From the IMG/VR virus record IMGVR_UViG_3300020109_000014: a stretch of DNA of 64,000 bases; one strand, written 5' to 3'. Below the pieces are notes generated by a model that saw nothing but the letters and a program-made list of their open reading frames with translations, did no database searches and was not told the DNA's origin. The stretch is from an uncultured virus (IMG/VR IMGVR_UViG_3300020109_000014) (lineage: Duplodnaviria; Heunggongvirae; Uroviricota; Caudoviricetes). Each line of letters opens with the position of its first letter. The first letter of the stretch is position 1. The translations under genes and the position numbers were made by a program. Shown here piece after piece: positions 58,284 through 64,000 of this stretch.

Positions 58284-58394
58284 TCAGTCCCACCATCCGT
58301 TGCGGGTGTTGACCTTCATGCCCAAGGCGGCACACATCATGGGGAAACCGATGGCGACGATCATCAGGAGAGCGGCGGCAAGGTAGTGATTCAT
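58284..58394 (-). CDS. Small membrane peptide (36 aa, MNHYLAAALLMIVAIGFPMMCAALGMKVNTRNGWWD)
   Basis: Manual translation; ATGA overlap with the upstream ORF. Confidence 0.6.
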   Translation of the reverse strand: MNHYLAAALLMIVAIGFPMMCAALGMKVNTRNGWWD

Positions 58395-58564
58395 GTGGTC
58401 TCATGGTAGGCGTCGCTGACTTTTTCCTGTACACTGTCGAAGACCTTTTGATCCATCCAGTCGGGGAGGATCTGGCAGCCCTGATGGGAGCAGACCAGAT
58501 CATAGAGCACTGCCATCTCGTCAGTGGTAAAGGCGGTCAGCATGTCGTAGCGGTTGTAGTACAT
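58391..58564 (-). CDS. Early hypothetical protein (57 aa, MYYNRYDMLTAF...)
   Basis: Manual translation; cassette upstream. Confidence 0.7.
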   Translation of the reverse strand: MYYNRYDMLTAFTTDEMAVLYDLVCSHQGCQILPDWMDQKVFDSVQEKVSDAYHETT

Positions 58565-58631
58565 CTGTGTTTGTGGTTGATGTGGTTAGTATGGCATCGA
58601 TCAGGGGGCATTTCAACCCCCTGTGTACCAC

Positions 58632-58880
58632 TTAGTCAACTGTCACATCATCTGGACCTTCTTTAAGTTCAATGCCAAAATCTTCCAGCACTTCGTCACC
58701 ATACAACTCACGAATCTCATTGATCAACTGTTCTTCATCATAGGCAGAATAGCACTCGTAAAGTGTATCGAAGACGAATTGTTCCATCGTCTTCATGTCC
58801 ATGCTGTCCATCACATGTTCAGCATACTTCTCACAAAGTTCGGAGAAGTTGTCAGTCCAAGTGTAAGCGTTGTTGGTCAT
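58632..58880 (-). CDS. Acidic hypothetical protein (82 aa)
   Basis: ORF track. Confidence 0.75.
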   Translation of the reverse strand: MTNNAYTWTDNFSELCEKYAEHVMDSMDMKTMEQFVFDTLYECYSAYDEEQLINEIRELYGDEVLEDFGIELKEGPDDVTVD

Positions 58881-58884
58881 GGTT

Positions 58885-59085
58885 TCAGTTCAGAATGTGA
58901 CGATAGTCGATAGATTTGATACACCAACCTGTCCATGATGTGATCTCTTCAATGAGATCATCTTCATCATCTGCCTCCCAGATGTGTCCTACTGTGTCGT
59001 CGATGATGTCATTCATCTCAGCAGATGTGATCTCATCTTCAGATCCAGTGAAATCAAACTCGATCTCAGTGATTTGGAATTGCAT
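58885..59085 (-). CDS. Acidic hypothetical protein (66 aa)
   Basis: ORF track; TGATG coupling. Confidence 0.75.
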   Translation of the reverse strand: MQFQITEIEFDFTGSEDEITSAEMNDIIDDTVGHIWEADDEDDLIEEITSWTGWCIKSIDYRHILN

Positions 59086-59261
59086 CAGAAACGAATGATA
59101 GGGTGGTCTACATCAAGCACCTGACATTCATCAGTTGCAAACACTAACTCAACTTTGAGTTGATAATACTCATCGGTGCCTTCATCGTAGACGGCAACAT
59201 CAGAATTGAGTTGATCTTCGTTGAGTTGTTGCAACTGTTGCAGGAGTTCGTTGTACGTCAT
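59085..59261 (-). CDS. Hypothetical protein (58 aa, MTYNELLQQLQQLNEDQLNSDV...)
   Basis: Manual translation; TGATG overlaps at both ends. Confidence 0.75.
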   Translation of the reverse strand: MTYNELLQQLQQLNEDQLNSDVAVYDEGTDEYYQLKVELVFATDECQVLDVDHPIIRF

Positions 59262-59386
59262 CACTTTCTCAGGGGTGAATTGAAATAACGAGTGAACGCT
59301 GTGGCAACAATGATACCAGTTGAGATAATACCAACCAAACCAAGAATGGTAATACCGTCACCAGTGAATGTGTAGAAGTCAGGCAT
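59261..59386 (-). CDS. Small membrane peptide (41 aa, MPDFYTFTGDGITILGLVGIISTGIIVATAFTRYFNSPLRK)
   Basis: Manual translation; cassette upstream. Confidence 0.7.
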   Translation of the reverse strand: MPDFYTFTGDGITILGLVGIISTGIIVATAFTRYFNSPLRK

Positions 59387-59472
59387 GATTTCGTTTGGAA
59401 CAGATGTAGTATGGCATCAACAAGTGACCAATGGGGGAATCAGTGGACACTTGTTGATCTGGCACATTAATA

Positions 59473-59649
59473 TCAGAAATCGATGGTTTCTAGTGTAGGC
59501 TGATTAGACTTCATTTTGTCATACATTTCAGTCATCAGTTCCATATGCTGATCGACAGGATCTTGCTCGACAAAACTATCAAGAACTTTCAACAGTTCGT
59601 TACCATTAGCGGTACGATCCAGCAGTTTAATCATCAGTGAAGTAGACAT
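59473..59649 (-). CDS. Hypothetical protein (58 aa)
   Basis: ORF track, start reassigned to the ATG (MSTSLM). Confidence 0.65.
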   Translation of the reverse strand: MSTSLMIKLLDRTANGNELLKVLDSFVEQDPVDQHMELMTEMYDKMKSNQPTLETIDF

Positions 59650-59687
59650 AGTAAAAGAAAGCAAAAGAACAGTGGGGTTTGTATATA

Positions 59688-59804
59688 CTACTCTTGAGTA
59701 GTATAATCTATATCATAGTAGTTAGCACTACTATCATCGAATTCTATATCTTCATAGAATTCTTCATCGTTAATCTCTTCAATTAGATAATCAGTAAAAG
59801 TCAT
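59688..59804 (-). CDS. Possible very acidic peptide (38 aa, MTFTDYLIEEINDEEFYEDIEF...)
   Basis: Manual translation only. Confidence 0.4.
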   Translation of the reverse strand: MTFTDYLIEEINDEEFYEDIEFDDSSANYYDIDYTTQE

Positions 59805-59919
59805 AATTATTGAGATTTAATAGTTTTTAAAATTTTGAAAATCCAAAAAATCCATATTTTTGTAAAATTTGAATATTCAATAAAACTGGGAATGTAAGGA
59901 GTTGAGTAATGTGACATAC

Positions 59920-60246
59920 TCAAGCAAGTTTCATAGAAGAACGGAAAGGCACAGTTTCAATACCTCGGTCAGTGTTCAGATTAATGAACCAATGCCACTG
60001 CTTTTGAAACACACACTCACCATCACGACCATGCTCCCGAAGGATAGCATTGAGACGAGATTTGGTGGTATTGGATTGCCAACCACCATCAAACAGTCGG
60101 ACAAAAGTATCACCAACCTCAGCAATACAATTGCCGTGAAGAAATACAGAACTGACACCATCAATAGTGACAACTTCAGTGTTATCAAGTTTCCAGTCAC
60201 GTTGCTCGGTGATGGCAGCGTTCATCAGACGTTCGATCTTTCTCAT
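59920..60246 (-). CDS. Early hypothetical protein (108 aa, LHGN.IA / GGWQSNTTKSRLNA motif)
   Basis: ORF track; TTGACT/CATACT promoter cassette upstream. Confidence 0.85.
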   Translation of the reverse strand: MRKIERLMNAAITEQRDWKLDNTEVVTIDGVSSVFLHGNCIAEVGDTFVRLFDGGWQSNTTKSRLNAILREHGRDGECVFQKQWHWFINLNTDRGIETVPFRSSMKLA

Positions 60247-60318
60247 GGGGTGAATCCCTCAGTGATGTACATAGTATGGCATGGGTTGGGGGCGAAGTCA
60301 ATGCCCTGTGGACACTTG

Positions 60319-60495
60319 TCAGACTGTCACAGGATCACCGATAACGCTCACGTCGATCTCTTTAATATTCAAACCACACAGCTGATTGTATACACGTTTG
60401 GAGATAACATCACAGGCATTCTTTAACTTAGAACGTTCGTACCAAATAGTGATACAACCGTCGAAAGTTTCAACTTGAATTCGAATGTCTTTCAA
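60319..60495 (-). CDS. Hypothetical protein (58 aa, TTG start, MKDIRIQVETFDG...)
   Basis: Manual translation; AGGA RBS and cassette upstream. Confidence 0.6.
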   Translation of the reverse strand: MKDIRIQVETFDGCITIWYERSKLKNACDVISKRVYNQLCGLNIKEIDVSVIGDPVTV

Positions 60496-60612
60496 AGGTC
60501 AATTCCTGACGACTCATGTAATATATCACCACCAGACACCCCTGGGAGGTCTTCTGTGCCACTTCTTAAACTGTCCTAGGGTGATACCACCGAGGGGATA
60601 TTTGATGCTATG

Positions 60613-60635
60613 AAAAAACCCATCCGAAGATGGGT
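60613..60635 (-). terminator. Rho-independent terminator with a UUCG tetraloop
   Basis: Minus strand ACCCATC-TTCG-GATGGGT-TTTTT. Confidence 0.8.
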
Positions 60636-60649
60636 GGTAAAGTTTACAT

Positions 60650-60814
60650 TCAATAGTCTACGTATGTATCATCGTGGTCTTTGAATTTTGCTTGACGTTT
60701 ACTTCGACTTGAGTAACGTTTGGCATTCTGAACTTCATAACCATAATCTTCATATTCATCTTCAAAGCTCACTTCTTTGAAGGATTCGGTATACTTTCGG
60801 TTGTTTTTTGTCAT
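60650..60814 (-). CDS. Small charged hypothetical protein (54 aa, MTKNNRKYTESF...)
   Basis: Manual translation; ends just before the terminator. Confidence 0.65.
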   Translation of the reverse strand: MTKNNRKYTESFKEVSFEDEYEDYGYEVQNAKRYSSRSKRQAKFKDHDDTYVDY

Positions 60815-60846
60815 TGTTTGAATAAAACAGTGATAATTGTTAAGAA

Positions 60847-61119
60847 TTACTGTACAATCGTATTTATTTGTTGGATATTTTCACTTTTGATTGCTGAAGT
60901 GATAAATTTACCAACACTTTCACCATTTTTGATAGTATTTTGAAGGTTTTCTTCAAAATTATTATCAATTACTGTGTAATTATATTCTTTATCACTAGAA
61001 TTAAATACTACAGTACAAGTATTCTCAATAATACCAACTGATTTAATAGCAGTACTATTAAATCCTTGATATACTACTCCTTGATCTTCTTTAGTAATCA
61101 TTGAATTCAGTAAAATCAT
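60847..61119 (-). CDS. KTSC-domain-like protein
   Basis: NSTAIKSVG...VVFNS..EYNY...ESVGKFI resembles the KTSC pattern. Confidence 0.55.
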   Translation of the reverse strand: MILLNSMITKEDQGVVYQGFNSTAIKSVGIIENTCTVVFNSSDKEYNYTVIDNNFEENLQNTIKNGESVGKFITSAIKSENIQQINTIVQ

Positions 61120-61468
61120 TAAAATTTAAAAATTGAGTTTTTTGAAAATCTTAAAAAACTAAAAAAGTAAGTTTTTTAAGTTTTTGAGATTTTGAGATTT
61201 TTGAGATTTCGAAGATTTTGGAAAACCTCGAAATCCCTCAATCTCGCTTCCATTTAATTTCGTGATGACCAATCACAAATACAGTATAGGGCATTTAGAG
61301 GCATCTGTCAAGGGTCTCGGAGGGTCTCTGTGCCACTTTGAGGACTGTCATATACTTCCTTGACTTTCGATGGGTTGGGCGCTAAGACAACAAGACCTCC
61401 GCCCATTTACATACTCTACCGTACAATAGATCACACTACCTATATTTTTTAATATATTTTTAAATACC

Positions 61469-61504
61469 TGTGGAAATTGCGGAAACTGTGGAAATTGTGG
61501 AAAA
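61469..61504. repeat. Four tandem 9-mers TG(T/C)GGAAA(T/C/A), DnaA-box-like
   Basis: tgtggaaat tgcggaaac tgtggaaat tgtggaaaa. Confidence 0.8.
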
Positions 61505-62125
61505 CTATTTCCATCTTGGACCTACTACCCAACCGACTAAAGATTTACGTTGACCTGATTTAACTTTAGTAACACGATGACGTAGATGAGAATCAAAGAT
61601 AATTAATGTACCTCTTTCTACTGGTGCTATATTAAGGTTTAGATCATCATTAGCAATGAGTTGTAATTGTCCTCCTGTATATTCATCTGAGTCTGATAGT
61701 TGAAGAGAGAAAGATAATTTACGAGTATATTCTGCTAATGGCATAACGTAATCTTTTAGATTAACTGATTGAGAAGTAGGATATCTTTCTGATTGATACA
61801 ATCGACGTAATCCTGAATCAGTATGCCAATGATAGAATTGACCAGGATTATAGACTGTATATTGTAAGGAGGAATTATCAATAGATGTAATATCAAATCT
61901 CCAATTAGCAAAATTTGCTTTTTGGATATAATACCAAAGAAAACCTGCTATCCAATCTTCATCTGGAATCCAAGCATTAAGAGAATCTCTTTTTGAATGT
62001 ACTACACCACTAGATTTAATTGTTGATGCTTCTAATTGATTATGATATGACTGACAATGAATAGAGATAAGGTCAGTAATATCTTTTGGTAATTTAGTAT
62101 TGTATAATGCTGCTGGATCAGCCAT
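61505..62125 (-). CDS. 2OG-Fe(II) oxygenase (prolyl-4-hydroxylase-like)
   Basis: QYTVY..GQFYHWHTD...RKLSFSLQLS...Y.GG.L...HRVTKV.SG.RKSLVGW (HxD...H...R). Confidence 0.92.
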   Translation of the reverse strand: MADPAALYNTKLPKDITDLISIHCQSYHNQLEASTIKSSGVVHSKRDSLNAWIPDEDWIAGFLWYYIQKANFANWRFDITSIDNSSLQYTVYNPGQFYHWHTDSGLRRLYQSERYPTSQSVNLKDYVMPLAEYTRKLSFSLQLSDSDEYTGGQLQLIANDDLNLNIAPVERGTLIIFDSHLRHRVTKVKSGQRKSLVGWVVGPRWK

Positions 62126-62348
62126 TTTCTTTTTTTAATTGTCTATATTGTTGGCGTAGTTCTTTAATATTAAAGTATAGAATAGTTTCTGTTTCAATAC
62201 TACGCATCCACTCACGTACCTCATCACCGATAGCAATAGCATCATCATTACGATTTTTAGATACGAGATGAGAGAACTGTTCAAAATAAGTTTCTAGGAT
62301 ATGATCCACTTGTTTTGATACTGATTGCTCTTCGGTCATGGTGTACAT
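62118..62348 (-). CDS. Hypothetical protein (76 aa)
   Basis: ORF track; coupled to its neighbours. Confidence 0.7.
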   Translation of the reverse strand: MYTMTEEQSVSKQVDHILETYFEQFSHLVSKNRNDDAIAIGDEVREWMRSIETETILYFNIKELRQQYRQLKKENG

Positions 62349-62545
62349 TAGTAGTTGTTCCTATTATAGGATTTTGTGGTAGGTTTTGTCAAGTAATCTG
62401 GTTTAGGACAGGATTGATGAAAGGTGCCATTGATATAACAGGCATAGCCTTCTTGATAGTATGCAATTGGAGGAGGATCTGGTGATTCACAGATATAATA
62501 TTGATTGAAGCAGAGTTGAAGAATAGTAAGAGCTGCTGGTATCAT
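62348..62545 (-). CDS. Hypothetical Cys-containing protein (65 aa)
   Basis: ORF track; ATGA and TAATG overlaps. Confidence 0.6.
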   Translation of the reverse strand: MIPAALTILQLCFNQYYICESPDPPPIAYYQEGYACYINGTFHQSCPKPDYLTKPTTKSYNRNNY

Positions 62546-62799
62546 TTTTGAATAACAGTAACATTATTCAGGAGATGATCATAGGAAATAAATTCAGCAT
62601 TATTAGGTAAGATATTAATAATTGCTTGTGTAAATTCTTGTGGGAAGTTACCATGATATTTCCAGAACAGTGCTAATTCTGCTTCTGAAATTTGAGTATG
62701 TGGGAATACACGGAGTGTATGTGTTCCTGGTTGGAGTTGTGGAAATGATTCCATGAGTGTCTGAATATGAGACACTGTGAGGTTAGAGAGTTTAGTCAT
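62542..62799 (-). CDS. Hypothetical protein (85 aa)
   Basis: ORF track; ATGA overlaps. Confidence 0.7.
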   Translation of the reverse strand: MTKLSNLTVSHIQTLMESFPQLQPGTHTLRVFPHTQISEAELALFWKYHGNFPQEFTQAIINILPNNAEFISYDHLLNNVTVIQK

Positions 62800-63035
62800 T
62801 TGACGTAGTACGCTTTAGTTTCTGTAGTTTGAAGGAGATCAATACATTGACGATAGATTTTATTTGTAGTAGGGGAAAGATCTAACCAATCAATGACATC
62901 AGCAGAATCCCAATCAACCCATTCAATCATAGAATCATGCTCATCACGAACAAGATTACAGATAATAGGTTGACCGAAGTCATCAATACTGAGTGCTTTA
63001 TCTTGAATAACAACATACATCAAGTTGTAGGACAT
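62796..63035 (-). CDS. Hypothetical protein (79 aa)
   Basis: ORF track; AGGAG RBS. Confidence 0.75.
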   Translation of the reverse strand: MSYNLMYVVIQDKALSIDDFGQPIICNLVRDEHDSMIEWVDWDSADVIDWLDLSPTTNKIYRQCIDLLQTTETKAYYVK

Positions 63036-63074
63036 GATTCTCCTTGTGTGTTTAGTAAGATTGTAGCACAGAAA

Positions 63075-63428
63075 TCAGCGAAGGTAAAGATAACCACCCG
63101 CCCAGTTAGCACGACGGAACATCTCTTCACGGGAAGGAATAGAGAGCACATTGAAACGAACATGCTTAGCAGGAGCTTTGATGCTAGCAGGTTTGAACAC
63201 ATCACCAGTCTTCTTGTCAATGAAAGCATGGATGCTGTCACGACGACCATCGATATACATGAAGACTTTATGATACTTACGACCAGAAGACTCAAGGGCG
63301 AAGAAATAACCATCGGGAGCAGTCTGTTGGAGAGCATCACACAACATCATACCGTACTTGACGATGTTGAGATGGATGGTGTTACGAGCGTCTTGTTCTG
63401 CTTGAAACTGGGCGAAGGTAGCAGTCAT
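63075..63428 (-). CDS. Early conserved phage hypothetical protein (117 aa, HAFIDKKTGDVFKPAS.KAPAK motif)
   Basis: ORF track; cassette upstream. Confidence 0.85.
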   Translation of the reverse strand: MTATFAQFQAEQDARNTIHLNIVKYGMMLCDALQQTAPDGYFFALESSGRKYHKVFMYIDGRRDSIHAFIDKKTGDVFKPASIKAPAKHVRFNVLSIPSREEMFRRANWAGGYLYLR

Positions 63429-63464
63429 TGGTGGGGTTGTTTGGTATGTAGTTAGTATAGAGGT

Positions 63465-63638
63465 TTAGAAGTCCTCTAGGAGGTCCCAGGGGACAGTTTC
63501 AAAACTGTCCTCAAACAATTGATCTTCCGCCTCACGTAGGATACGCTCACGGACTACAGGATTATCATAGCAATCCATGAGATTATCAACTTGATCAAGG
63601 ACAAAATTATTCATATTATCAAATTTATCGTTTAACAT
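63465..63638 (-). CDS. Acidic hypothetical protein (57 aa, MLNDKFDNMNNF...)
   Basis: Manual translation; TGATG overlap. Confidence 0.6.
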   Translation of the reverse strand: MLNDKFDNMNNFVLDQVDNLMDCYDNPVVRERILREAEDQLFEDSFETVPWDLLEDF

Positions 63639-63862
63639 CATGATTCGTGTGAATGGTTACCTCGTACAAGTTCAAGTTCATTTAATTGGTTTTTATAGAC
63701 GAGCATACAAACATCTCGCCGTGGATCATCAGGGAAATGGCGGACACATACAGTCATATATTCATCACATGTGAATTTGACTACACCAAACATGCCTCTA
63801 TAATATACCTCTGTTCCCTCTGGTAGCATATTGTTCGGGTGTAATTGGATCTTCATGAACAA
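63638..63862 (-). CDS. Hypothetical protein (real start probably at MLPEG)
   Basis: ORF track. Confidence 0.65.
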   Translation of the reverse strand: MFMKIQLHPNNMLPEGTEVYYRGMFGVVKFTCDEYMTVCVRHFPDDPRRDVCMLVYKNQLNELELVRGNHSHES

Positions 63863-63998
63863 AAACTCCTACAGCATCAGGATAGTCAATATTAGCAAAA
63901 TACATTGCTTGAATGGAATTATTTGAGATGACATAGTAATCAACTTTCATTACAGATGATTCTTCTTCATTCTCATCTTGATAAGGTAATTCTAGTTC
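63798..63998 (-). CDS. Partial hypothetical ORF entering from the window end
   Basis: Open frame ELELPYQDENEEESSVMKVDYY...RGIL* to the edge of the window. Confidence 0.5.
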   Translation of the reverse strand, partial: ELELPYQDENEEESSVMKVDYYVISNNSIQAMYFANIDYPDAVGVFVHEDPITPEQYATRGNRGIL

Positions 63999-64000
63999 TA

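Larger units (their letters stand above)
56760..63511 (-). promoter_or_regulatory. About 13 dispersed early-promoter cassettes (palindrome, GC-rich spacer, -10 box, CA-rich leader)
   Basis: Repeated -10 CATACT/TATACT/TAGACT about 30 nt downstream of a 7-8 bp inverted repeat with an 8-nt spacer. Confidence 0.8.

Noticed and set aside
56760..58650. Regularly recurring repeats as a possible CRISPR array
   Set aside because: The repeats are degenerate, the intervening segments are 150-350 nt coding ORFs, and there are no cas genes. They are better explained as promoter cassettes.
56546..63455. Plus-strand ORFs and long alternate-frame ORFs in the early region (e.g. 57055-57576, 56979-57305, 59902-60426, 62937-63455)
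   Set aside because: They run across minus-strand promoter cassettes and overlap better-supported minus-strand ORFs. High GC inflates ORF length.
1..64000. tRNA, rRNA, introns, inteins or homing endonucleases
   Set aside because: None recognisable by eye; tRNAscan-SE and Infernal would be needed to exclude them formally

Overview
A 64-kb segment of a T4-like cyanophage (cyanomyovirus) genome, with essentially all real genes on the minus strand. Positions 1-56.4 kb are the late structural module: terminase gp17 (5' part) and gp16, gp15, gp14, gp13, a CpeT-like bilin lyase, two giant fibre-type proteins (5704 and 3756 aa), a VrlC/DUF4815-like protein, baseplate gp8, gp7, gp6 and gp25, and a PAAR-like protein, with (T/C/A)ATAAATA late promoters. 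Positions 56.5-64 kb are a hyperplastic early region of tiny ORFs. Most of these have their own promoter cassette carrying a fixed-spacing palindrome; the region also holds a 2OG-Fe(II) oxygenase and an AT-rich segment with DnaA-box-like tandem repeats. The main finding is in the 5704-aa fibre, which has a C-terminal S74 chaperone. It carries twelve phycobiliprotein-like domains, each keeping the C-x-R-D motif (beta84-type), a second Cys (beta153/155-type) and the helix-A Asp. The domains are nested inside one another like Russian dolls, and the gene lies two genes upstream of the phage T-type bilin lyase. This suggests a bilin-pigmented virion fibre with its own lyase. All homology calls were made by eye and no searches were run.
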